This document shows, piece after piece, positions 9,258 to 17,295 of a stretch of 19,062 nucleotides of DNA. The stretch comes from Candidatus Zixiibacteriota bacterium (lineage in GTDB: Bacteria; Zixibacteria; MSB-5A5; GN15; FEB-12), in NCBI GenBank assembly GCA_041742355.1, contig JBGSIV010000177.1, forward strand, positions 1-19,062, given 5' to 3'. The notes under the pieces are model-generated. The model saw only the letters and a list, made by a program, of their open reading frames with translations. It searched no databases and was not told where the DNA came from. The translations under genes and the position numbers were made by a program. How positions within the stretch are numbered: position 1 is the first letter of the stretch; the number at the start of each line of letters is the position of its first letter.

Positions 9258-11390
9258 ATGCGACGAATCATCTGTAGTCTCTTCGCCCTGACTCTTCTGC
9301 TGGGAATTCTCAGCGGCTGCGGCGTCTATTACAACACGTTCTACAATGCCAAGAAATCCTTCAACGAGGCCGAGGACGAACGCAAGCAGACCAAGCCCGG
9401 CCAGGCGCTGCGCATCCGGACCAACCTGTACGAAGTCGCTATCGACAAATCCCTCAAAGTCGTCGAAAACCACCCGAGTTCGAAGTACTACGACGATGCC
9501 GTGTATGTGCTCGGCGTCTCCTACTACTACACCAAGCAGTATGCCAAGGCCGAACGCCGCTTCCGCGAAATCCTCGCCAATTACCCCACCAGCGGGTTCG
9601 CCCGCGATTCCCGCCTCTACCTGGCCAAAGCCATGCTCGAACAGGAAGCGATCGACGACGCCATGGAAATATTCGCCGACCTGTTCGAAAGCGACATCGA
9701 CCGGCAGTTCAAGGCCGAAGCCGCCCTCGCGCTCGGCCGTTACCAGTTCGACAAGAAGAACTACAAACTCTCCAGCCGCTACTTCCTCGCAGTGCGCGAC
9801 TCCCTCGGCAGCGACGCCGAGAAAGTCATCGCCCAGGAGCACTTGGCCGACGGCCTGTACGCCCAGCAGCAGTACGCCGACGCCCTCGCTTCGTACCTGC
9901 AAATCCTCGGCATGAACCCGACGCCCGATCAGAAGTACCATGCCCTCTTCCGCGCGGCCGAGGCTTCGTTCGTCCTCCAGCGCATCGAAACCGGACAGGA
10001 CTACTTGAAGACGCTCGCGGATGACCGGCTCTACTTCGACTCGCTGTCCGTCTTGCGGCTGAAGATGGCCGAAGGCCACGAGTGGAAGGAACAGCTGGCT
10101 CAGGCCGAGGAGATCTATAAGCTGGTCGTTGCCGAGGCGCCCAACAAGCTGCACCAGGCGGAAGCCAACCTTGCCCTCGGATTGATCTACCAGTACGACT
10201 ACGATAATCTGGCCGAAGCCAAGAAGTACTACGATGCCGCGGTCGAAGCCAACCGCGGCTCCGAATCGGGACAGCTCGCCCTCCAGCTCTCCTCGAACAT
10301 CGGCAAACTCAGCACCTTCGCCCGAACGGTAAAGATCGACTCGACCACCTCACAGGACGTCGTCGATGAAGCGGCGTACACGCAGTACCAGCTGGCCGAG
10401 CTCTACTGGTTCCAACTCTCCAAACCGGACACGGCCATGCTCGAAATGCAGTACGTGGTCGACTCCTTCCCGACCGCGTACGACGCTCCCAAGGCGATGA
10501 TCGCGCTGGCCCAGATGGCTTGGCAGGCGGATCCCGATTCGGCCCGGGGGGACTCGATCCTGCAAAACATGCTCGTCCGCTACCCGAACTCCGACTTCGT
10601 CCCCGAGGCGCTCGGCCTGCTCGGACTGGTGGGCACCCCGGCTGACACCGGCTATGCCGAGGCCTACTTCCGCAAGGCCGAGAACTTTCTCATCGACGAC
10701 AAGAACATCGACTCCGCCCGGGTCTACTACCAGATCGTCATGGACCGCTTCCCGGAATCCAAGTACTACATGCAGGCCCGATTCGCCCAAATCTGGGCGA
10801 CCGAAATGTACGCCAGCCCCGGCGACTCGAGCGTCTTCTACGCCTACCAGGCACTGGCCGACTCTTTCCCCAGCAACGACTGGGGCGCACAGGCCAAGAG
10901 CAAGGTAACCGGACACCCCGCCAGGGCGGTGCAGCCGAAAGCGGAGGAACTGGCCGACAGCTCCGGCGCCACTCCCGGCGACACGACGCTCGCCGACGCC
11001 GCCGAAGACGCCGATACCGTCGAGGAAAGCAGCGAAGCCGGCTACTCCGGCGACCGTTTGGCCGAAATGTACACCGACCCCAACGGTGAACGCGCAATCG
11101 ACATCCCGGCCAACGTTCAGGTCATGGAAACCCGGAAGGAATTCGAGTACCCCTCGGAGGCTTTCGTCTCCCGGTGGGAGGGCGAGCTCTATTTCCAAAT
11201 CAGGCTTGATTTTTCCGGTGAAGTTAGTGAATTTGTCCAGAAGTCTTACGCGCCCATCGACGAAATCAATCTCCGGGCGCAGGAGACAGTCCAGTCCACG
11301 GTCTTTGACATGCGTCTCATCCCGCCCGCGGCCCTCAACGGGTGGTTTGTTTACAAATTTAAGGTAATACTGCCGAGTCACCTGCGATGA
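9258..11390 (+). CDS. Tetratricopeptide-repeat lipoprotein with a putative C-terminal TonB_C-like domain
   Basis: Starting at ATG 9258 gives a signal peptide II (MRRIICSLFALTLLLGILSG-C), then YYNTFYNA, multiple TPR/BamD-like repeats (YP.S...A), an acidic linker, and a tail EYPSEAF...EGELYFQIRLDFSGEV. The ORF-track start at 9210 is probably too early. Confidence 0.85.
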   Translation: MRRIICSLFALTLLLGILSGCGVYYNTFYNAKKSFNEAEDERKQTKPGQALRIRTNLYEVAIDKSLKVVENHPSSKYYDDAVYVLGVSYYYTKQYAKAERRFREILANYPTSGFARDSRLYLAKAMLEQEAIDDAMEIFADLFESDIDRQFKAEAALALGRYQFDKKNYKLSSRYFLAVRDSLGSDAEKVIAQEHLADGLYAQQQYADALASYLQILGMNPTPDQKYHALFRAAEASFVLQRIETGQDYLKTLADDRLYFDSLSVLRLKMAEGHEWKEQLAQAEEIYKLVVAEAPNKLHQAEANLALGLIYQYDYDNLAEAKKYYDAAVEANRGSESGQLALQLSSNIGKLSTFARTVKIDSTTSQDVVDEAAYTQYQLAELYWFQLSKPDTAMLEMQYVVDSFPTAYDAPKAMIALAQMAWQADPDSARGDSILQNMLVRYPNSDFVPEALGLLGLVGTPADTGYAEAYFRKAENFLIDDKNIDSARVYYQIVMDRFPESKYYMQARFAQIWATEMYASPGDSSVFYAYQALADSFPSNDWGAQAKSKVTGHPARAVQPKAEELADSSGATPGDTTLADAAEDADTVEESSEAGYSGDRLAEMYTDPNGERAIDIPANVQVMETRKEFEYPSEAFVSRWEGELYFQIRLDFSGEVSEFVQKSYAPIDEINLRAQETVQSTVFDMRLIPPAALNGWFVYKFKVILPSHLR

Positions 11391-12181
11391 CAAATCCAAC
11401 CTGCGCCGACACGCACATCATTCGGAAACGCGACCTCCACAATGATTACTTTGCCCTGACCCTGGCCGACTACCCGCAGGCGCGAGAGTGCCGACCCGGC
11501 CAGTTCATCCACATCAAACTCCCCTCCAGCGAAATCCTCTTCCGCCGCGCCATGTCGGTCGCCGGGGCGAGCCCCGAACGCGACGAAATCGACATCATCT
11601 TCAAAGTCTACGGCCGCGGCACCCGCATCATGGGGACCATGCACGAAGGGGACACCCTCAACCTCCTCGGCCCGCTTGGCAAGCCCTTCTCCCACCCGGA
11701 GAAGTCCGAGACGGCCGTCATGGTCGCCGGGGGCGTCGGTTTCCCCCCCCTGCTCTTCCTGACCGAACGGCTCATAGCCGCCGGCCACGATCCGCGCAAA
11801 ATCGTTTTCCTCTACGGCGGGCGGTCCTCGGGCGATATCCTCTACCAGGATCGCATTAACGCCCTCGGGGTCGATTTCCGACCGGTTACCGAGGACGGCT
11901 CAGTCGGCCGCACCGGCCTCGTCACCGACCCCATGCTCGACATCATCCGCGCCGGTGGCCCCGCCGGTCTCCGCCTCTTCGCCTGCGGACCGGAGCCGAT
12001 GCTCAAAGCGGTCAACGATATCGGCATCGAACACGGCGTCAAGGGCGAGCTCTCGCTCGAGGCCCCGATGCCCTGCGGCATCGGCGTCTGCCTCGGCTGC
12101 GTCGTCCCGCGACGCGAAGGCGGTTACGCCCGCGTGTGTGTCGACGGCCCCATATTCCAGATAGGGGAGATCGCACTATGA
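11387..12181 (+). CDS. pyrK: Dihydroorotate dehydrogenase electron transfer subunit
   Basis: PGQFIHI, GPLGKPF, VAGGVGFPP, ACGPEPML and a [2Fe-2S] motif CGIGVCLGC...VCVDGP. Immediately upstream of pyrD. Confidence 0.95.
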   Translation: MTNPTCADTHIIRKRDLHNDYFALTLADYPQARECRPGQFIHIKLPSSEILFRRAMSVAGASPERDEIDIIFKVYGRGTRIMGTMHEGDTLNLLGPLGKPFSHPEKSETAVMVAGGVGFPPLLFLTERLIAAGHDPRKIVFLYGGRSSGDILYQDRINALGVDFRPVTEDGSVGRTGLVTDPMLDIIRAGGPAGLRLFACGPEPMLKAVNDIGIEHGVKGELSLEAPMPCGIGVCLGCVVPRREGGYARVCVDGPIFQIGEIAL

Positions 12182-13095
12182 CACCCGATCTCCGCGTCTC
12201 TCTCTGCGGCGTCGAACTCGCCAACCCGATCATGACCGCCTCCGGCTGCTGCGGCTACGGCGAGGAACTGGCCGATATCTTTCCGCTGTCCAAACTCGGA
12301 GCGCTCGTCACCAAGTCGATCACCCGCCTGCCGCGCCTCGGTCACAAGCCGCCGCGCACCGCCGAAACCTCCGCCGGTATGCTCAATGCCATCGGCCTGG
12401 CCAATGTCGGCATCGACGCCTTCATCGCCGAGAAAATCCCGTTCCTTGAAAGGCAGAAGACGAAAATCATCGTCAACGTCGCCGGCTCCACCCTCGACGA
12501 ATACGTCGAGATCTGCGGCCGCCTCGCCGACATCCCGTGCGTCGACATGATCGAACTGAATATCAGCTGCCCCAATGTCAACGAAGGAGGGATCGAAATC
12601 GGATCCAACCCGACGCTGACCGAGAAGACTGTAGCCGCCGCAAAGAAGGTCTTCCCGCGGCCGCTGATTGCCAAACTCTCGCCGAACGTCACGAGCATCG
12701 TCCAGATCGCCAAAGCCGCCGAACAGGGCGGCGCCGATGCTTTGTCGGTCATAAACTCGCTGGTCGGCACCGCCATCGATATCGAGACCTGGCGGCCCCG
12801 CCTGACCAACAACCGCGGCGGCCTCACCGGACCGGCGATCAAGCCGATCGCCCTGGCCATGGTCGACGCCGTCTACAACAACTGCCGGCTGCCCATCGTC
12901 GCCATCGGCGGGATCGCCACCGCCGCCGACGCAATCGAGTTCATCCTCTGCGGCGCCACCGCTTTCCAGGTTGGCACCGTCCTCTTCGTCGAACCCGACG
13001 CGCCGGTCAAGATCGCCGATGACCTGGCCGCCTACCTCAACCGCAAAGGCCTCTCATCCGTTTGTGAACTCCGGGGGAAGGTGAGGAAGTACTGA
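12178..13095 (+). CDS. pyrD: Dihydroorotate dehydrogenase family 1B, catalytic subunit
   Basis: NPIMTASG, MLNAIGLANVG, ELNISCPN, KLSPNV and GGLTGPAIKP. ATG at 12178 overlaps the pyrK stop (ATGA). Confidence 0.96.
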   Translation: MTPDLRVSLCGVELANPIMTASGCCGYGEELADIFPLSKLGALVTKSITRLPRLGHKPPRTAETSAGMLNAIGLANVGIDAFIAEKIPFLERQKTKIIVNVAGSTLDEYVEICGRLADIPCVDMIELNISCPNVNEGGIEIGSNPTLTEKTVAAAKKVFPRPLIAKLSPNVTSIVQIAKAAEQGGADALSVINSLVGTAIDIETWRPRLTNNRGGLTGPAIKPIALAMVDAVYNNCRLPIVAIGGIATAADAIEFILCGATAFQVGTVLFVEPDAPVKIADDLAAYLNRKGLSSVCELRGKVRKY

Positions 13096-14069
13096 TGACA
13101 GCGCTCGAAAAGCTGCTTAAAGCCCAGAGCAAGAACCGCTCGCTCGTCTGCGTCGGGCTTGACCTGGATCCCAAAAAGATGCCGCAGGAATTCAGCAAGT
13201 CGGCCAAGACCATGTTCGATTTCACCCTGCGCATTATCGAAGCCACCGCCGACTGCGTCTGCGCCTACAAACCCAACATGGCCTTCTACGAGTCTCTCGG
13301 CGGCGAGGGGATCTCGCTCCTGACCCAGATCATGCGGCGCATGCCCGAAGGTATACCGGTGATTCTCGACGCCAAGCGCGGCGATATCGGCAACACCGCC
13401 ACCCACTACGCCCAGGCCCTCTACGATCATTTCAACGCCGACTGGGTTACCCTCAGCCCGTACATGGGCTACGACTCCATCCGCCCCTTCATCGAACGCA
13501 AGGACAAGGGTGCCTTCATCCTCTGCCTGACCTCCAACAGTGGCGCCCGCGACTTCCAGATGCTCGAGATCGACGGTAAGCCGCTCTACCGCATCGTCGC
13601 CGAAAAGGTGGAGTACTGGAACAAGGGGAAGAACTGCGGCCTCGTCGTCGGCGCCACCGTGCCCGAACAGCTCACCGAGATCCGCGCCGTCGCCGGCGAC
13701 ATGCCCATCCTCATCCCGGGTGTCGGCGCGCAGGGGGGATCGCTCGAACTTTCCGTGCAGAACGGCACCGACAATTTCCAGAAACCGGCTCTGATTAACG
13801 TCTCCCGCTCGGTACTCTACGCCTCCACCGGCGCTGATTTCGCTCAGAAGGCCCGCGAAGAAGTGCTGAAGTTGAACCAGGCGGTTAATGAACTGCGCGC
13901 ACTCAGCAAGAAGCAGGAACAGCCTCCCGCCGATCCGAAACAGCAGCCCCCGGCCGCCGACAGCTCCCCCGCACCGAATCCGCCGAACCGGCCGCCGCAG
14001 GCTTCACCGGAACCGGCCGACATCGTTACCGCACCGTCGCCCGACAACTCCGACCGCCCGGCCGACTGA
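13095..14069 (+). CDS. pyrF: Orotidine-5'-phosphate decarboxylase with a Pro-rich C-terminal tail
   Basis: CVGLD, YKPNMAFYE, catalytic DAKRGDIGNT, LVVGAT, LIPGVGAQGG and INVSRS. TGATG overlap with pyrD. Confidence 0.96.
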   Translation: MTALEKLLKAQSKNRSLVCVGLDLDPKKMPQEFSKSAKTMFDFTLRIIEATADCVCAYKPNMAFYESLGGEGISLLTQIMRRMPEGIPVILDAKRGDIGNTATHYAQALYDHFNADWVTLSPYMGYDSIRPFIERKDKGAFILCLTSNSGARDFQMLEIDGKPLYRIVAEKVEYWNKGKNCGLVVGATVPEQLTEIRAVAGDMPILIPGVGAQGGSLELSVQNGTDNFQKPALINVSRSVLYASTGADFAQKAREEVLKLNQAVNELRALSKKQEQPPADPKQQPPAADSSPAPNPPNRPPQASPEPADIVTAPSPDNSDRPAD

Positions 14070-14079
14070 GACACTCTTC

Positions 14080-14104
14080 CGGCAGGTCCATACCGGACCT
14101 GCCG
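14080..14104. terminator. Perfect 10-bp hairpin between convergent pyrF and GNAT (probable bidirectional terminator)
   Basis: CGGCAGGTCC-ATACC-GGACCTGCCG, with no strong U-tract on either side. Confidence 0.6.
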
Positions 14105-14121
14105 CGTTCATCTGTCGTCTG

Positions 14122-14679
14122 CTACTCGAACTCGAACTTGAGCAGCGAGTAGACATACCCGGCGTGGAATTCACCGTTGTAGAAGTAGTGGTCGCGCAGC
14201 ACCGCGTCCCGCTTGAACCCCAGCCCCTCCAGCAGCTTGATCGCGTTCTTATTGAACGCCGCCGTCTGCGCGTGAACTTTGTTCAACCCCCGGTAGAGAA
14301 ACAGGAATCGTGTCATCAGGTGGAGCGCCTCTGTGGCGTATCCCTTGTTCTGATGATCCGGATCGACAATCGCCCCGTACTCCACCGAGCGGTTCAGCGG
14401 GTTATGGTCGAACACGTGGATATTGCCGACCAGCAGGTTGTCCTCGATCGTAACCACCGCGAACCGCTGGTTGTACGGATCCTTGTCGTCGGCCTTCTTG
14501 AATCGTTCGATCGCCTCCGATGGTGTCATGAACAGCGTCGGACGGGAACTGAGCGTCTGGTGCGAACTGAGCACGCGCCAGTAATGAATACTGGCTATAT
14601 CGTCCGGCGTGACCGGGCGCAGGTAAATCTTCTTGCCCACCAGCGCAGGATCGGTCGGAACAATCTTCTTCTCGGCCAT
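14122..14679 (-). CDS. GNAT acetyltransferase, RimJ/RimL family
   Basis: IYLRPV, acetyl-CoA motif HQNKGYATEAL, and LNKVHAQTAAFNKNAIKLLEGLGFKRD. Confidence 0.92.
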   Translation of the reverse strand: MAEKKIVPTDPALVGKKIYLRPVTPDDIASIHYWRVLSSHQTLSSRPTLFMTPSEAIERFKKADDKDPYNQRFAVVTIEDNLLVGNIHVFDHNPLNRSVEYGAIVDPDHQNKGYATEALHLMTRFLFLYRGLNKVHAQTAAFNKNAIKLLEGLGFKRDAVLRDHYFYNGEFHAGYVYSLLKFEFE

Positions 14680-14751
14680 GGTGTTTGACTCCGGGCGTAC
14701 GGGTGTCTCTCTTTCGTGGTAGTGTCGTCAGGACAGTCCGGCCGAGGCAAC

Positions 14752-14782
14752 AAAAAACGCCACCCGCACGCAGCAGGTGGCG
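14752..14782 (-). terminator. Intrinsic terminator downstream of tpx
   Basis: Minus strand reads CGCCACCTGC-TGCGT-GCGGGTGGCG (one G-U pair) followed by TTTTTT. Confidence 0.85.
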
Positions 14783-14807
14783 CCTATACTTATAAGAACC
14801 CGGACGG

Positions 14808-15335
14808 CTACTTCTTCATTACGTCTTTCAGCGCAGCCATCGCCTTATCGTAATTCGGCTCATTCACCGTGTCCGGGACAATCTCCATATACGCGATCGT
14901 GTCGTTCTTGTCGATCACCACCACGCCCCGCGTGAGCATCCGCAGCTCCTTGATCAGCATACCGTAACTCTCGCCGAATTGCACATCCCGGTAGTCCGAG
15001 ACGAGTTTGATGTGATCGACTTTGTAGTGCTCGGCGAATCGCTTCTGCGCATGCGGGATATCCACCGAGACCGCATACGCGGTGACCGGGCCATCCAACT
15101 CACCCAGCAGCTTGTTGAACGTAACCGTCTGCTTGTTGCACACCGACGTATCCAGTGACGGAACCACCGAGTACAACCGCGGCTTGCCGGCATCTTCCTT
15201 GAGATTGAACGGCGTCATATCAGGTTTGATCACCTGCACATTGGTCGGCGCCTTGTCACCAGGCCGAACCTCCCGCCCGATCAACGTCAGCGGATTCCCC
15301 TTCGCATGTACCGTACGTGTCCCTTCCGCACTCAT
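14808..15335 (-). CDS. tpx: Thiol peroxidase (Tpx-subfamily peroxiredoxin), single Cys
   Basis: KGNPLTLIG...GDKAP, PSLDTSVC, SVDIPHAQKRF and EPNYDKA. ATG 15335 follows AAAGGTGA. An alternative ATG lies at 15356. Confidence 0.92.
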   Translation of the reverse strand: MSAEGTRTVHAKGNPLTLIGREVRPGDKAPTNVQVIKPDMTPFNLKEDAGKPRLYSVVPSLDTSVCNKQTVTFNKLLGELDGPVTAYAVSVDIPHAQKRFAEHYKVDHIKLVSDYRDVQFGESYGMLIKELRMLTRGVVVIDKNDTIAYMEIVPDTVNEPNYDKAMAALKDVMKK

Positions 15336-15730
15336 AGTCTGCGTTTCACCTTTCATGGATGATTCACCGGTCCTTTCCTGTGAGCAATAACGGTTTACTC
15401 CCCTCCCTCCGTACACCACCAGAACAGCGATTCGCCCGGAAAGTTCGGTTCTAATCGGGAACGGGATCCCCCCACCAGCCCTCTGCTCAAAAACGAAATT
15501 AAATCAGTGCATGCGACATGAGGTGGCGTTCAACGCCACCATGTTCCCACCGAGGGAATTGCACATTCCCCTGCTCCGCGCAAATGCGGATAATCAGGAC
15601 GTTGAGACACAAGTGGTTACGGTCGGCGGCGCACCCGGCTCGCTTGCCGCGGAGGATTATATCGTCGGTCGGGGATGCCGGCGAAGATCCCCTGTCGTTT
15701 CTGTAGATACATGAAGCTTCGGAGGTGCTC

Positions 15731-16777
15731 GTGAATGTGAAATCTCGCCTCGGCAAGTACTCTGCCATCTTGTTCGTCGCGGTCGTGGTCGGTATTGTCA
15801 GCTTTCGATCCGGAACCGGCACCATCCTTCCGACCGACTACCCGGTTTACTTCTGGGCCGCCGCCGCCGCCGGCGACTTGTTCATCTACCACCCGGCCAC
15901 CCGGCAGATTGAATCGGTGGCTATTCCGTGGAATCCGGTCCACGGTATCACCGCCTCGGCCGACGGCCGCCGCATCTACCTGGCCGCCGAACGCTCTGTA
16001 ATCGTCCTGAATACCACGACCCTGTCCGTTGTCGCCGACCTGCCGTATCCGCCCACCGGTCCGGTCGCCGTTTCGCCCGACAACCGGCTCGTCGCCATCA
16101 TGACCGACTCCCTGCTTGTGCTGCGCACCGATACCTACGCTGTCCTCTTCCACCACCCCACCGCCGTGCGCCAGGGCGCGTTCTCCGATGACTCCCGCAC
16201 CCTCTGCTGCACAGCGGGTGACTCCGCCGATGTGGTGCTGGTGGTGGGCTTTGACAGCGACACGCCGACCGTCGAACAGATTCCGATCGAGGGCGGCCAC
16301 CCGAGCAAAGCCATCCCCGTGATGAACGGCCGGCGCATCCTCGTCTATCTGACCGAGCAGCCGATGCTCAGCCGTTTGGCGGTGATCGACCGCCTCGCCG
16401 GCGACGAAATCTACTCCGAACACATCTTCCCTGGCGAGGGAGATATCATCAGCGCCGCCGGTTGGGACCGGGCAATCTACACCAACTCGGGCAGCCCCCG
16501 CCGAATCGAGGGCTCGTCGTCGTTCAAGATTTTCGCCATAAATGACAACCAACCAATCGAGGAGGTCAACACGCGCCGCCACGGCTCGGGCAGCCCCCAC
16601 GGTTTTCCTGTCGGACCGGTACAGGTGACCCCCGACCACCGCTGGCTCATTGCTCTGAGTGCAACCGAACCACCGCAACTCCTTCTCTATGATCTGGAGA
16701 ACGAGCAGTTTGCCGATTGGCAGTTGTTCGGCGATGACGCGCAACTGCGGCACCTGTCGGTGCAGCTGCAGCCGTAG
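15731..16777 (+). CDS. Secreted or membrane-anchored beta-propeller protein (YncE-like), function unknown
   Basis: GGAGG RBS at 15721-15725, hydrophobic N-terminus, and repeated blade motifs (ASADGRRIYL, VSPDNRLVAI, FSDDSRTL, VTPDHRWLI). Confidence 0.75.
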   Translation: MNVKSRLGKYSAILFVAVVVGIVSFRSGTGTILPTDYPVYFWAAAAAGDLFIYHPATRQIESVAIPWNPVHGITASADGRRIYLAAERSVIVLNTTTLSVVADLPYPPTGPVAVSPDNRLVAIMTDSLLVLRTDTYAVLFHHPTAVRQGAFSDDSRTLCCTAGDSADVVLVVGFDSDTPTVEQIPIEGGHPSKAIPVMNGRRILVYLTEQPMLSRLAVIDRLAGDEIYSEHIFPGEGDIISAAGWDRAIYTNSGSPRRIEGSSSFKIFAINDNQPIEEVNTRRHGSGSPHGFPVGPVQVTPDHRWLIALSATEPPQLLLYDLENEQFADWQLFGDDAQLRHLSVQLQP

Positions 16778-16818
16778 AGTCTCGTTCCAGGTCGCTTATA
16801 GGTTCGCTGACGCGCGAA

Positions 16819-16841
16819 AGCCCGACTGACCCAGCCGGGCT
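16819..16841 (-). terminator. Hairpin in the convergent spacer, possible terminator of the PEP-CTERM gene
   Basis: Minus strand reads AGCCCGGCTG-GGT-CAGTCGGGCT followed by only a short T run. Confidence 0.45.
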
Positions 16842-16891
16842 ATCTGCTGGCCACTAGCTCGCTTTGGCGTACCTGCGCAAATACCCCGAAA

Positions 16892-16944
16892 TGGCATGTG
16901 CCGGGCATATTCGAAGCGCTCGAATACTCCCGGCACATTCGCCA
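16892..16944. repeat. Long imperfect inverted repeat
   Basis: TGGC-ATGTGCCGGG-CA-TATTCGA-AGCGC-TCGAATA-CT-CCCGGCACAT-TC-GCCA. Confidence 0.8.
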
Positions 16945-16977
16945 GATCGGTCCGGCCGCGTTGGCCGTTCGTCCGAT

Positions 16978-17295
16978 TCATTCCATCAGCTGTCGCCCGG
17001 CCGCCAGTCCGGCCAGGGCCAGACCGAGCAGCAAGAAGGTCGTCGGCTCCGGAATGACTGAAGTCGACTCACTTTCCGCCAGCTCGTACGGCCGGTAGAC
17101 CGTCGCCTGAGCTCGCGTGCTGGTTTGGGCAGTCTGAGCCTCAACATCCGGCACGATCAAATCAGATGTGGGAATCGGCTCATCGATCGTCGGGGTCGCC
17201 GGATCGAATCCAAGCGACATCACTGGTGTGGCAGTCGCGGAACCGACCGCGACAAGCAGTAGTGTCAGAATGAGACCGATTGCGCGGTATCTCAT
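16978..17295 (-). CDS. Small PEP-CTERM sorting-domain protein
   Basis: RBS AGGAGGAG, Sec signal peptide (MRYRAIGLILTLLLVAVGSATA), and C-terminal IPEPTTFLLLGLALAGLAAGR. Confidence 0.85.
   Translation of the reverse strand: MRYRAIGLILTLLLVAVGSATATPVMSLGFDPATPTIDEPIPTSDLIVPDVEAQTAQTSTRAQATVYRPYELAESESTSVIPEPTTFLLLGLALAGLAAGRQLME

Noticed and set aside
8523..11399. 543-aa and 349-aa minus-strand ORFs
   Set aside because: Antisense shadows of cobB and the TPR lipoprotein gene.
12136..12177. Longer N-terminus for pyrD
   Set aside because: It lies inside pyrK. The ATGA-coupled start at 12178 matches the family N-terminus.
13888..14688. 266-aa + strand ORF
   Set aside because: Overlaps the pyrF tail out of frame and is antisense to the GNAT gene.
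15522..15540. tRNA T-arm-like hairpin (TTCAA loop)
   Set aside because: No cloverleaf, D-arm or acceptor stem around it.
15617..16753. 378-aa minus-strand ORF
   Set aside because: Antisense to the beta-propeller gene, which has the RBS, signal sequence and repeat motifs.
16892..16944. Integron attC site
   Set aside because: No RYYYAAC/GTTRRRY ends and no integrase or cassette array.
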